This document shows, one piece after another, positions 47,792 through 58,100 of a stretch of 64,000 nucleotides of DNA. A model generated the notes under the pieces. It was not told the DNA's origin, did not search any database, and worked only from the letters and a program-made list of their open reading frames with translations. Every line of letters begins with the position of its first letter. Position 1 is the stretch's first letter. This DNA comes from a bacterium (lineage in GTDB: Bacteria; Hinthialibacterota; Hinthialibacteria; Hinthialibacterales; Hinthialibacteraceae): the NCBI GenBank assembly GCA_963662285.2, contig CAXXMV010000004.1, positions 66,351 through 130,350 of the forward strand, read 5' to 3'. A program made the translations under genes and the position numbers.

Positions 47792-49228
47792 TTAATAATT
47801 TTTGTTGTATTGTTTTTCAATGGCTTCAGCGCCCAAAGATTCATCATAATACAATGCACTATCAAAACTCATCATGCGTTGATTCTCTCGACGTAAAGCA
47901 ATGCGCTGAACATTCATAAGGTTACGCGCCGTGACGTTATCTGTAGTGATGTTTTTGCCGCCGGTACCGCATCCCAGGGTGAAGGAAGGGCTCATTTTAT
48001 TGAACATGTAACCGACCGCGCCCTGTGAGGAAGGCGTGTTTACCACTATCCGGCCTGCATTCATCAGAGACGCGAATTTATTGATCTTCTCCGAATCATT
48101 GGAGTACATACCAACCGTATGTCCAATACCGCCATGGAAATTCAAATCGATGCACAGGTTTACGGCTTCTTCAAAATCACCGACTTCATAATAAGCCAGG
48201 ATGGGGGCTAGAATCTCGAAAGAAAGGGGATGATCTTCTCCAGCGCCCTTTAATGGAGCGATAAGCAATTTAACGTCATCAGGAGCGTTGAGGTTGGCTG
48301 CTTTAGCGATTTTCGCGGCTGATTGACCAACCACCGCTGGACTCATGGAACCTTTATCACGAAGGAAAGCCACTTCCTCCAGTTTGGGAATCTCTTCCTC
48401 GGTCAGGAAATAGGCATGTTTTTTGATGAATTCTTCTTTTATTAAATCAGTTTGGCTGCGTTCAACGATAATGGCCTGTTCGCTGGCGCAGATGGTTCCG
48501 TTATCAAATAATTTAGAAATGCAGATTTGCTCGACTGCGAAGGGAATATCAGCGCTGTTTTCGATATATATTGGAACATTGCCAGGCCCCACGCCTATAG
48601 TAGGCGTACCCGAACTGTAAGCGCTTTTAACCAGACCTGTACCGCCAGTGGCAAGAATCAGAGCCAGATCGGGATGAGTCATCAAAGCCTGGGTTTGCTC
48701 GCGGGATACTTCTGACAGCCATTGGATGCAATCATCCGGGGCGCCGGCTTTCAAGGCGGCTTCATAACAGATCCGGGCGGCATCCACTGTACAGTTAACC
48801 GCCTTACGCGATGGGCTGACAATTACCGGATTTCGGGTTTTGAGGGCGCTTAGAATTTTGTACATCACGGTTGATGTAGGATTAGTAACCGGGATTATGC
48901 AAAGAATCGGTCCCATTGGTTGAGCGATCTCAATGATGCCACGCTCTAAATCTTCGCTTAATACGCCAACGGTCTTTAGATTCTGAATATCTTCATACAC
49001 ATATTGGGTGGCTACAACATTTTTAAGAACTTTATCTTCCCAATTTCCCATTCCGGTTTCTTCATGGGCTTTTTTAGCTAATTGCACCCGGACTGCAAAA
49101 CCGGCTTGGTATACCGCCCGGACAATAGCGTCTGTTTGTTCTTGATCATATTGGCTGAAAACCGCAGACGCTTGGGTCGCTTTTTTCAAAACATCATCAA
49201 TGTAATTCACGTTGCTGGCATCATTCAT
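47792..49228 (-). CDS. CoA-acylating aldehyde dehydrogenase (AdhE N-domain/EutE-like), stand-alone
   Basis: PVTNPTST, LATGG, GVGPGN, FDNGTICASEQ (catalytic Cys), PSFTLGCG. Confidence 0.85.
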   Translation of the reverse strand: MNDASNVNYIDDVLKKATQASAVFSQYDQEQTDAIVRAVYQAGFAVRVQLAKKAHEETGMGNWEDKVLKNVVATQYVYEDIQNLKTVGVLSEDLERGIIEIAQPMGPILCIIPVTNPTSTVMYKILSALKTRNPVIVSPSRKAVNCTVDAARICYEAALKAGAPDDCIQWLSEVSREQTQALMTHPDLALILATGGTGLVKSAYSSGTPTIGVGPGNVPIYIENSADIPFAVEQICISKLFDNGTICASEQAIIVERSQTDLIKEEFIKKHAYFLTEEEIPKLEEVAFLRDKGSMSPAVVGQSAAKIAKAANLNAPDDVKLLIAPLKGAGEDHPLSFEILAPILAYYEVGDFEEAVNLCIDLNFHGGIGHTVGMYSNDSEKINKFASLMNAGRIVVNTPSSQGAVGYMFNKMSPSFTLGCGTGGKNITTDNVTARNLMNVQRIALRRENQRMMSFDSALYYDESLGAEAIEKQYNKNY

Positions 49229-49582
49229 GTTTTTCTCCTTGAATTCAATAAATCATAACAATATTATAAATATAGTGATATAGTAGCGGTTATCATCTCC
49301 ACAAATAGAATCCTTGTCAATTTCCAGATATCCATATATTCCAATTTTATAAAAATTATTAGTTACTTAAATAATATTACAGTCATCTTTGGCGCCTTGA
49401 TGTAACACTATTTGACATTGGTCTGTGGTTTATTTGATGAAAAACAAGTTAGGAGAGTGTCTAGAACTGATATTAATATATAGTGGATTCACATGGTATG
49501 TAACCGAAATATAAGAAGACTCATATAATATAAAAACAAGGAGAGATGGTGGACTACAAGCGTAGTCCACCTTTATCCTCTA

Positions 49583-50095
49583 TTATACAGTACTTGCCGA
49601 AAACATTAATAAATAAAAGGCAAGCAGAACAAACAGAATCGAATAGACCGGGAAGAAAAACCAGATGATATGGCTTAAAGAGAATTCGTTTGGCGTATCA
49701 ATTTTTTTGGCTAAGGCGTCTTCTAACGGATATGAAATCAACACAACCGCTAATAGACCATAGAGTGATGTCAGCAGACAAACCGCCATTGAGGGACCAA
49801 TTACTGAAGCATCTGTTACGTAAGTCATAATTTGGATGCCGCCGATCATATCACCGAGAATGGCGGAAATAAAAAAAGCACAGGTCAGTAGTTGATAGAG
49901 TTTCAATTTGGATGTGTTGTTGGAAGTCGGAACGATTTTTCCCATCAAGATAAATCCCAGAGTGCAGCCGAAAATAATCAGAAACGATGGTACGTCGAGG
50001 AAATCCATAATAGAATTGAATCCCCCGACGCAAACAATTGCCGCAATACATAAACCTGAAAAGATTAAATAACCGATTAGGGTTGTTATTCTCAT
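49583..50095 (-). CDS. short MotA/TolQ/ExbB-like membrane protein
   Basis: FLDVPSFLIIFG; IGGIQIM...IGPSMAVCLLTSLYG. Confidence 0.7.
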   Translation of the reverse strand: MRITTLIGYLIFSGLCIAAIVCVGGFNSIMDFLDVPSFLIIFGCTLGFILMGKIVPTSNNTSKLKLYQLLTCAFFISAILGDMIGGIQIMTYVTDASVIGPSMAVCLLTSLYGLLAVVLISYPLEDALAKKIDTPNEFSLSHIIWFFFPVYSILFVLLAFYLLMFSASTV

Positions 50096-50128
50096 GATTC
50101 ACAGTCCTTTCTTGAACATTGTTGAGTT

Positions 50129-50578
50129 TTACTCTGCTGTATCATTTGCTAAACGGCGTTGGATGATGTAATAGGCGGGCAGTGGCAAGATTCCTGAAAA
50201 GAAAATTGCGTAGAAAAAGGTGATTAATGCAACGGCCATAGAAGGGCCGATTGTGGAAGCGTCTTCCAGATTGCCAAGCATCTGAATGACTCCTATCAAT
50301 GTTCCAATGGCGCCGACGGCCAGCAGATTGCGAATCATGGTAAACCAAAAGTATGCCGCTTGACGTAGTTCGTCCCGTCCTCCACTTTCCCCGAACACTT
50401 GAGAAAGAGCGTTGCTAATATCTTTGAACGAAAAACTTATGATCGTAAGCCCAAAACAACCTCCCACTATAATTAATAGACTGGGGAAATCCAAAAAATC
50501 TAAAGGTCCTCCTCCTGCTATAGACGCAGCTGCGATCAAACCGATAAAAAGGAATTCTCCAACAAAAAACTGAACCAT
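50129..50578 (-). CDS. short MotA/TolQ/ExbB-like membrane protein
   Basis: FLDFPSLLIIVGG; GAIGTLIGVIQMLGNLEDASTIGPSMAVALITFFYA. Confidence 0.8.
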   Translation of the reverse strand: MVQFFVGEFLFIGLIAAASIAGGGPLDFLDFPSLLIIVGGCFGLTIISFSFKDISNALSQVFGESGGRDELRQAAYFWFTMIRNLLAVGAIGTLIGVIQMLGNLEDASTIGPSMAVALITFFYAIFFSGILPLPAYYIIQRRLANDTAE

Positions 50579-50678
50579 AATACTCTCCTTTCTGTTTGTT
50601 AAGCCTTGATAGAATCGATTGATTGTATCTAATGCAAATGCGTATTGTCAATCCATATACCGGTTAATTACGTCCATC

Positions 50679-50763
50679 TAGAGTAGTTTTCATAATAATG
50701 TTCTGATTGGCGATTCGAAAAACTAGAAAAGATCGTTTTTTTCGGAGATCAAAGGTGATAAAC
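50679..50763 (+). mobile_element. truncated MITE copy
   Basis: tagagtagttttcataataatgttctgattggcgattcgaaaaa is identical to the start of the 23446 copy. Confidence 0.7.
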
Positions 50764-50841
50764 TATTCAACGCGCATATATTTTTGATGGTTCATCCTGT
50801 AAGTGAGTACTTTGTTTTTTGCCTGAAGCGGGATGTGAAAA

Positions 50842-52266
50842 TTATTCCTCGTTGGAACCATGAGTAAGAGAAATGTTGTGTTCTTTCATCTTGCGGTAAA
50901 GGGTGCGGGTGCTGAATCCCAGAATACGCGCGGTGGCTTCTTTGTCTCCACCAGTCATATCTAAAGTTCTGCTGATGATGATTCCCTCAGATTGAGCGGC
51001 GGTGAAACCAAGGGGGATCATGATCTTTCCGTCGTTCGATGCGGCGCCGGGTTCTTCTTTAGGAATGGTCTGCTGAATAATATCCGGTAGATGTTCAAGC
51101 AGAATGCGGTCGCCCCGCGTCATGATAACGCCGTGTTCTATGACGTTCTCAAGTTCGCGAACGTTGCCGGGCCATGGATAATTTTCTAATGCGTTAAAAG
51201 CTCTCTGGCCGACTCCCGCAATATCTTTATTGTTTTTGCTGGCGTATTTTCTGATAAAATGCTGCACCAGCAGCGGGATATCGCCGTGCCGGTCATGCAA
51301 GGGGGGTAGTTTGAGATGAAAAACGTTGATGCGATACATCAAGTCTTCACGGAACTTATTATCGATGGTCTGTTGTTGAAGGTCGCGGTTAGTGGCGGCG
51401 ATGACCCGGACATCCACGCTGATAGAGTCGCTGCTGCCGACCCGTTCGAACTCACCCTCTTGTAAAACGCGCAGCAGGCGAACCTGAGCAGGCAGAGACA
51501 TTTCGCTGATTTCGTCCAGGAAGATAGTGCCGCCATCAGCGGCTTCGAATCGTCCCTGGTGATCGATATAGGCGCCAGTGAATGCGCCTTTGACATGGCC
51601 GAACAGTTCTGATTCGAGAAGAGATTCTGGCAGCGCTCCGCAATTCACTTTTATCATGGGTTTTTTGGATCGAGGACTTAGGGCATGGATAACCTCAGCG
51701 ATCTTCTCTTTGCCGGTGCCGGTTTCGCCGGAGATGAGCACATTGGCGGTGCTGGGAGCGATTTGTTCTACCTGAGTGATGATATTTCTAATAGCTTGAC
51801 TTTTGCCGATAATAACGTTCTCGGATTGGAAGCCTTTTAGACGGTCTTTTAATTCCTGAACTTCGATAAGCACTTCATGAGTTGAAAGCGCCTGCTCGAC
51901 GTGCACATGCAGTTCATCAAGCCGAACCGGTTTGGTCAGGTAATCGAAGGCGCCCGCTTTCATGGCCTGAACCGCCGTATCGACTGAACCATGACCAGTC
52001 ATCATGATAATGGGTATGGTGGGTGATATGGTTTTAATGCTCTTGACGAAGGTGATGCCGTCAAAGCCGGGCATAACCAGGTCGGTTAGAACCAGGTCGA
52101 ACCGTTCTTGCTGAATATAATTCAGCCCTTCATCCCCGCTTAAGGCTGCGCGGCAGCGATAGCCCAGGCTTTGCAGCGCTTTAACCAGAGTTGACGCCAT
52201 TTTCTGATCATCATCCACAAGGAGGATGTAATAGTCTGAGTTGGATTGACCTTTGAGCTGAGGCAT
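50842..52266 (-). CDS. sigma54-dependent response regulator (NtrC/AtoC family)
   Basis: REC (ILLVDDD, DLVMP), [22 protein letters not shown], Fis-type HTH. Confidence 0.92.
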   Translation of the reverse strand: MPQLKGQSNSDYYILLVDDDQKMASTLVKALQSLGYRCRAALSGDEGLNYIQQERFDLVLTDLVMPGFDGITFVKSIKTISPTIPIIMMTGHGSVDTAVQAMKAGAFDYLTKPVRLDELHVHVEQALSTHEVLIEVQELKDRLKGFQSENVIIGKSQAIRNIITQVEQIAPSTANVLISGETGTGKEKIAEVIHALSPRSKKPMIKVNCGALPESLLESELFGHVKGAFTGAYIDHQGRFEAADGGTIFLDEISEMSLPAQVRLLRVLQEGEFERVGSSDSISVDVRVIAATNRDLQQQTIDNKFREDLMYRINVFHLKLPPLHDRHGDIPLLVQHFIRKYASKNNKDIAGVGQRAFNALENYPWPGNVRELENVIEHGVIMTRGDRILLEHLPDIIQQTIPKEEPGAASNDGKIMIPLGFTAAQSEGIIISRTLDMTGGDKEATARILGFSTRTLYRKMKEHNISLTHGSNEE

Positions 52267-52270
52267 TGAT

Positions 52271-53914
52271 TTATTTCCTATTAATAGCCAGTGGAAGACT
52301 AATTCTGATAATTGCTCCGCAACCCGGTTCACTTTCAACCTTGACTGTTCCCGTGTGCGCTTCCACAATTTCGCGCACCAGGTATAACCCTAAGCCCGTT
52401 CCACCCGGGCGATGAGTAACAAAAGCGGAAAATATTCCTGGCAATTTATCTTTAGGTATACCAACGCCATTATCACAAAATTCAATAACGACATGGTCAT
52501 GGTTGATCTTTGTTTTAATGGTTATTTGACCGGACTCTTTAATAGCGTATAACGAGTTATCATAAAGGTTACGGAAAACCCGCCTGAAATGATCCATATC
52601 TATCTCTATTTCAATATTATCATCAGCCATCAGTTCAATACGATCAATTTTTTGTATTTTACGTTCAGCAAACTCGCCAGCGACATCCTCTAAAAATGGT
52701 TTAAGGAGCATGCGTTTTTTAGAAGGCCGTTTGATGCGTGACAGAACCAGGTAATGATCTACAATTTCATTCATGCGAACCACTTCAGTTTGAAGATCAG
52801 AGAGTAATTCATTAATTTCATGCCGGTCTTCATCAGTCGATGGATTGACGTTTTGATCCAATACCTTGTCAACCCGGTTTTGCAGCAAGTCAGCGGTCAG
52901 GGTAATGACATTCATGGGCGTTCTGATTTCATGAGCCACGCCGGCGGTGATTTTTGTCATAGCGGCCAGTTGCTCCATGTTTTTTACTTTATCCGCCATG
53001 CGCTGAATTTCGGTCATGTCTTTGATCAAAAGAGTCGAACCGATATGTTCTCCCTGCCTATCGCATAGATAGGTGAGGATAGCATCCGCGTTTACCGGCT
53101 GGCCTGCTTTGTTTTTCCAATATGCTCCTTTGAGGATTGCATAGCCATTTTTTTGGGCTTCATCGATGATATCATCAATAGTTTGTTTTTGCAAAACCAG
53201 ATCATAGAGCGACATTTCAATGGTATCTAATGTTTTATAGCCGAAGATAGCCTGGGCGCCCTGGCTCCAGGTTGATATTCTATCTTGTTCATCCAGTCCT
53301 ATGATGGCGTCGTTGGCTTCATTGAGGATGAAGGATAACAAGCGGTCTTCCAACCACAGTTTATTCTCTAAAGCGGTGCGCGTTTCAATCAGTTCTTGTG
53401 AATAATGGTTGATATAGGAATCTATCGCCACTTGCATATCCAGCAAAAAAACTTTTAACAGAGCAATTTGGGCTTCTTGTAATTTTTGTGGAGAATCGTG
53501 ATAGGCCTCAACCATGACGGGTAACAATTTTTCGCAAAAAAGCGAATAAGCGCTGATGTACCACTTGGGAGGTAAATTTATTTCTATATGCGATTCGTCG
53601 AAATTCTTGCGCTGCAGGATATACTCTTTGTCAAAAATGCCCAGCAACATTTGTTCGAGGTATTTTAAGTGAGTAGTTTTCAGGTGATCAATATTTTCCG
53701 GTAGTTGCACTAACGACTGAGTCATAGGGACTAATTTAAGGTTTTCGTAGAAACTGTTGATAATTTCCGGAAGTTTAGGTAATAGGATAGGCGTCAGTTC
53801 TTGTAAGATTAGACGGTCATCATCGGTGACGTTTAAGTACGCCAATTGTTTTTCAAACTGGGTCAAATTAATGGGATTATAAATAGTATCTTTATTCGTC
53901 ATCATATCAAGCAA
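52271..53914 (-). CDS. globin-coupled (protoglobin) PAS histidine kinase
   Basis: Protoglobin-like N-terminus (SFYENL...SHIEINLPPKWYISAY), PAS (DAIIGLD...W..GAQAIFGY), HEIRTP, GTGLGL; no TM segments. Confidence 0.85.
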   Translation of the reverse strand: MLDMMTNKDTIYNPINLTQFEKQLAYLNVTDDDRLILQELTPILLPKLPEIINSFYENLKLVPMTQSLVQLPENIDHLKTTHLKYLEQMLLGIFDKEYILQRKNFDESHIEINLPPKWYISAYSLFCEKLLPVMVEAYHDSPQKLQEAQIALLKVFLLDMQVAIDSYINHYSQELIETRTALENKLWLEDRLLSFILNEANDAIIGLDEQDRISTWSQGAQAIFGYKTLDTIEMSLYDLVLQKQTIDDIIDEAQKNGYAILKGAYWKNKAGQPVNADAILTYLCDRQGEHIGSTLLIKDMTEIQRMADKVKNMEQLAAMTKITAGVAHEIRTPMNVITLTADLLQNRVDKVLDQNVNPSTDEDRHEINELLSDLQTEVVRMNEIVDHYLVLSRIKRPSKKRMLLKPFLEDVAGEFAERKIQKIDRIELMADDNIEIEIDMDHFRRVFRNLYDNSLYAIKESGQITIKTKINHDHVVIEFCDNGVGIPKDKLPGIFSAFVTHRPGGTGLGLYLVREIVEAHTGTVKVESEPGCGAIIRISLPLAINRK

Positions 53915-54049
53915 TTGCTCCCTTTCGCTATTGCAAGCAATGGAGTGAAGCGTAGTATCAAGAGATGATGGTTCTTGCGCCTATATCGCAGCATCCACTG
54001 GCGTAAGAAAGCAAGTTGACGGTTTCCTATAGTGTTAATCAGGATTGGA

Positions 54050-54163
54050 TAGAGCGATTGTCAAAAATATGTTCGTTCAATGTCACGTTTGGCCTTTATA
54101 GAAGCCAATCTTTTCCAGCTTCTATGAATCACCAATCAGAACATTATTATGACAACAACTCAA
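54050..54163 (-). mobile_element. full-length MITE copy (inverted)
   Basis: 114 bp; reverse complement aligns end to end with 23446-23559. Confidence 0.7.
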
Positions 54164-54408
54164 GTACTGAGCTGATATGAAGTAGCGCAATGTCTTATAC
54201 TCAATACTATGAAATGGACGTTCTGATTTGTCAAACTCTAGGAAGGTTTTTTGAGAGTAATAATTGATGTGGTTTTATATAAATATATTTGCCTATTCAA
54301 AAAAATACCCCTTATGAAATAGCGGGATTTAATCGGATCAGTTCACACTCTAAACATTAGGAGAATGAACTGATCCGTCTCTTTAGATACTCTTAAACTT
54401 AATAATCC

Positions 54409-55311
54409 TTATCTTTTATTAACCTTGATGCTTCCATTAGTCGTCCGGATGAAAACTTTGTCGCCTCCATCGCCGATGGGGCCGCGCAGGCTCGTTTTGG
54501 ATGCTTTCTTAACCGGAATGGCGAAGTCGGAAGAGACGCGTCCATTATGCGTACCGGCATCCAATTCCCCGGAATAGTTGGCTGGTAAGGTTATAGTAGC
54601 CGAACCATTGGTAGTCGTCATCTCAATGGGGGCGTTTCCGCTTTCAACTTCCAGATTTATACCGCCATTGGTAGATGATAAATTGACTTTGTTTCCCAGG
54701 TCTTTAATATTTGCGCTTATTTTCCCATTAGTAGTCGATGCATCTATGCTTCCCCGGCTGTCGTGGACACTGATTGAACCATTGGTGGTGCGAAGCATGA
54801 TCGAATCAGATCCTCCCGCTAAATCAATGGCGCCATTGGTAGTTTTAGCATCAACTTTTTTTTCAATGCCTTCAACAGTGATTTTCCCGTTGGTTGAGCG
54901 GAGGTGAACGCTCAAATCTCTGGGGCATTCAATAGTATAACTGACGCTGACCTGAACCTTTTTCCATCCACTAGGCTGTTCTTTATAAAACCGGATGCTA
55001 TCTCCGCTTTTTTCAGTGACAAGAGTAACCTGTTTAGCGTAATCTTCCGCCGCTTCATCCGTTTTAGCGCGGACGGTTTTAACGGCGTGAACCTTTACTT
55101 CGTTTGTATCGGATGCAGTAAGTTTAATTGAACCGTTGGTGGTGTCGCCATCAATCAAATTGACGCCAGCGGCTTCCAGGGTCCAGTCTTTTTCTTCAAT
55201 GAATTTGGCATTCAGGTTGCCGAATCCACCAAAAGATACCATGCAACCCGTCATCGAAAAACAACTGGCGGCCAAAACCACGGTAAGCAGCAAGATTTGT
55301 ACTTTTCTCAT
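54409..55311 (-). CDS. DUF4097-family beta-strand repeat lipoprotein
   Basis: Repeated TTNGxI/STNG units; Cys in MTGC after the signal. Confidence 0.8.
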   Translation of the reverse strand: MRKVQILLLTVVLAASCFSMTGCMVSFGGFGNLNAKFIEEKDWTLEAAGVNLIDGDTTNGSIKLTASDTNEVKVHAVKTVRAKTDEAAEDYAKQVTLVTEKSGDSIRFYKEQPSGWKKVQVSVSYTIECPRDLSVHLRSTNGKITVEGIEKKVDAKTTNGAIDLAGGSDSIMLRTTNGSISVHDSRGSIDASTTNGKISANIKDLGNKVNLSSTNGGINLEVESGNAPIEMTTTNGSATITLPANYSGELDAGTHNGRVSSDFAIPVKKASKTSLRGPIGDGGDKVFIRTTNGSIKVNKR

Positions 55312-55343
55312 TTTTCTCTCCTGGTAAGAAATATTTATTTTAT

Positions 55344-56372
55344 CTAATTCTTGGTAATAGAAATTCTTCCATGATCGTTTCTAACATAAATTTTCGTATC
55401 CCCACCTCCGCCAATGGGGCCATGCAACTGGTTTTTCCTGGCAGACTTGACGGCAATGGGGAAATCGGACTGAACCACGTTATGACTAGTTGAAGCGTCG
55501 AGTTGTCCCGAGAAATCAGCTGGCAGGGCAATTGAGACGGAACCATGATTGGTATTAACCTGGATGGGAGCGACATGATTGGCAACCGCTACATTAACAG
55601 CACCATGAGAGGAAGAAAATTTTCCATGATTGTATAGGGAATCGATTCGCGCATTGATGCCGCCATGCGTCGTGCCTAAATCGAACACGCCGGAACTCCC
55701 GCTCACCGTAATAGGAGCATGAGATGTCTTTAGCACTATGGTTTCCTGATCTGCTTGAATGTTGTCGGCGATGATCTTGCCATGAGTGGTATTAACATCC
55801 ACCCGACCGACGCAGTTTTTGAGGTCTACCGTCGCATGGGTGGTATTGAGTTTTATATCTTTCCTGCCGCCATTAAGATAAATCGAGCCGTGGGTAGTAA
55901 TGGCCTCAACGGTATCTTCTATGCCTTCAATGACTATTTTACCATGAGTTGTTCTAAGTTTGAGAGCAATCTTTTCGGGGCAACTGATGGTGTAACTGAC
56001 GCCGATGCTGAAATCTTTGTATCTATCTGGTTTCTTTATATATACACGTAATTTATCATTATCCTGCATAACCCAGACTTCCACCTGACCAGCGAATTGT
56101 TCGGCTTTGGCTTCAGTTTTGGCCCTTATGGTTTTGACTGCATGAACTTTTATTTCACTGACATCTTCCGCATTGACTATAACCGAGCCATGCATGCCCT
56201 CCGTCTCGATTGATGCGATGCCATCGGCGTCAAAAGTCCAGTCGCGCTCTTCAATGAACTTCGCATTGAAATTCCCTCCCGAAAAATGGACGCCATAGTA
56301 ATCGCATCCGATTTGCATGACGCAAAACATAGCGACCAGAAAAACCATCGAAGCCGGGTAACTCTTCTTCAT
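55344..56372 (-). CDS. DUF4097-family beta-strand repeat lipoprotein (His-variant repeats)
   Basis: Repeated TTHG/TSHA/SSHG units; paralog of the adjacent gene; start after ggagg. Confidence 0.8.
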   Translation of the reverse strand: MKKSYPASMVFLVAMFCVMQIGCDYYGVHFSGGNFNAKFIEERDWTFDADGIASIETEGMHGSVIVNAEDVSEIKVHAVKTIRAKTEAKAEQFAGQVEVWVMQDNDKLRVYIKKPDRYKDFSIGVSYTISCPEKIALKLRTTHGKIVIEGIEDTVEAITTHGSIYLNGGRKDIKLNTTHATVDLKNCVGRVDVNTTHGKIIADNIQADQETIVLKTSHAPITVSGSSGVFDLGTTHGGINARIDSLYNHGKFSSSHGAVNVAVANHVAPIQVNTNHGSVSIALPADFSGQLDASTSHNVVQSDFPIAVKSARKNQLHGPIGGGGDTKIYVRNDHGRISITKN

Positions 56373-56603
56373 CACAACCTCCATTGTTATTGCCATTTTC
56401 AATTTACATTTATATATGATGCTGAACAGCGCTTATTTATTCACTATTTAGAGTTATTTTATGCAAAACGCTATAGCAGACATAAGCCGCTGTATAAGCA
56501 AAATTCGGGCTTATTGATTAATACGAAAGCAGTTTGAATTAATTTCAAAACTTATTTATATAAATTTTATTATTGTAAAATCATGGAAGCCATATAAAAA
56601 CCA

Positions 56604-56636
56604 AAGCCTGAGAATGTGGGACTTATTCTCAGGCTT
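56604..56636 (-). terminator. hairpin/terminator
   Basis: aagcctgagaat-gtgggactt-attctcaggctt. Confidence 0.6.
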
Positions 56637-56669
56637 CTTGTTATTATGTATGAATTAGTAGTACAGGAA

Positions 56670-58100
56670 TCATATCCACGGTGGATTCTTTAACCGTTGT
56701 TCTTTTTCGCTAAGGTTAAAAATTTGTCTGGCGTTGCCATTCATGATCGGAGCGATCAGTTCCAGGGCGTTATCCAGGGTGACCCATTGTTCATCCACCA
56801 GTTGCGTTAACGCATTGGCGATTCCTTTGCGGGCGATTATGGCGTGGCCTAATACCGGCTCAACCGGGATGTAATCTCCGCCGAAGGTCAAGACCTTGTT
56901 AGCGGGCGCGGTGACCAAATACTGCTTGAGAAAGTTAACTCCCGCCACCGGGCTGATGATCCATGCCCAGCACATATCGATATGACAATTAGTGTAGTGT
57001 TTGGCCGCTGCGATCATCTCTTCATAATGTGGATAGCAGATATGCATGAAGACGAAGCGGGTTTCGGGAGAATGCTTGCAAAGATCGGTCACTGCTGCGG
57101 GATTGCCTTGGATGCGGCTTAGGGGCATACCGTTCTGCCCGGCGTAATACCCGGTATGGAGTTTAACCGGCAGGTTATACTCATTCGCTTTACGTACGCT
57201 GTACCAGAACAGATGATCTTCAATTTTCTTGCGGTCATCAGCGCTGAGATCGTCTCCATTCAGTTTACGCTTGAATGCATCTTCGGCTTTTTCGGCTGGG
57301 ATATCTTCAAAATCCAGTTGCCGCGAATAAGCCGCCTGCGATTTAACCGCTACGGCGTAGGGGCCGTATTTTTCAAACCACCAGTCGATCACGCGATGCC
57401 AATCGGACAGGTCTTTAACATCAATACCCGCTTTGGGAGCGTAAGATTTGATATTAGGCCCTATGTGCATACCTATGAAACTTATGTCCTGCATCAGCAG
57501 CAATGGTTGACTGGTTTCGCTGAAAGGCGCTTCCAGATAATTGACCTGACACGATTCGATGCCCGCTTTATCTTTGAGGACGGTCTTATAGAATCCCGGC
57601 TTTATGGTTTGCAGGTAGCGCTCCTGGATGGTCTTAACCGTATCGCGAGACAATCCATCAACGTTATACAACTCGCGCATGGCCAGCTCGACCGCCTGAC
57701 CGTAGCCAGTGTTTTTTACAGCAGGCCAATAAGGTTCGAGGATATCCCATTTCTTTATGGGATCAGTTTTGTCGGAAAAGAAGGCGCTATGTTGCTCCGA
57801 CGGCATCCCGGCGGTTTTCATATCTGAATCAATGTAATGGGAGAACAGCATCGACCAGTCGTTGGCTTTGATGCGGTGATGCTTGCCTTGTAGTCTGACT
57901 TCTTCCTCAATCAAATGTTCATGAGTATCAACCAGCGTGGTTTCCGCGATGCGTTTTTGAATTTGTCCGCGGGCATCGGCCTGAGTTGCATGTGAGGTTT
58001 TAACCCAAGGCCCCATGGCGCCCAGCATAGCCGCAGAACCAGCGGCGCCGATGCCTTTAATGGTTGAACGGCGGGATATCTTGTCGTTTTTTGGACTCAT
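56670..58100 (-). CDS. Tat-exported amidohydrolase-family protein
   Basis: SRRSTI signal; DTHEH, KLHTG, FMH, FGGD metal ligands. Confidence 0.85.
   Translation of the reverse strand: MSPKNDKISRRSTIKGIGAAGSAAMLGAMGPWVKTSHATQADARGQIQKRIAETTLVDTHEHLIEEEVRLQGKHHRIKANDWSMLFSHYIDSDMKTAGMPSEQHSAFFSDKTDPIKKWDILEPYWPAVKNTGYGQAVELAMRELYNVDGLSRDTVKTIQERYLQTIKPGFYKTVLKDKAGIESCQVNYLEAPFSETSQPLLLMQDISFIGMHIGPNIKSYAPKAGIDVKDLSDWHRVIDWWFEKYGPYAVAVKSQAAYSRQLDFEDIPAEKAEDAFKRKLNGDDLSADDRKKIEDHLFWYSVRKANEYNLPVKLHTGYYAGQNGMPLSRIQGNPAAVTDLCKHSPETRFVFMHICYPHYEEMIAAAKHYTNCHIDMCWAWIISPVAGVNFLKQYLVTAPANKVLTFGGDYIPVEPVLGHAIIARKGIANALTQLVDEQWVTLDNALELIAPIMNGNARQIFNLSEKEQRLKNPPWI

Noticed and set aside
49583-50578. Zorya (ZorA) or flagellar stator
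   Set aside because: No ZorB/MotB, no long ZorA tail, no MotA cytoplasmic domain
53971-54012. Hairpin and TGGC...GC upstream of the globin kinase as a riboswitch or sigma54 promoter
   Set aside because: No recognisable riboswitch consensus; GG-GC spacing is 9 rather than 10, and it is on the wrong strand for the gene
57156-57827. Long antisense ORFs (also 86-724, 6362-7123, 38356-38982)
   Set aside because: Shadow frames opposite well-supported genes, with no recognisable motifs
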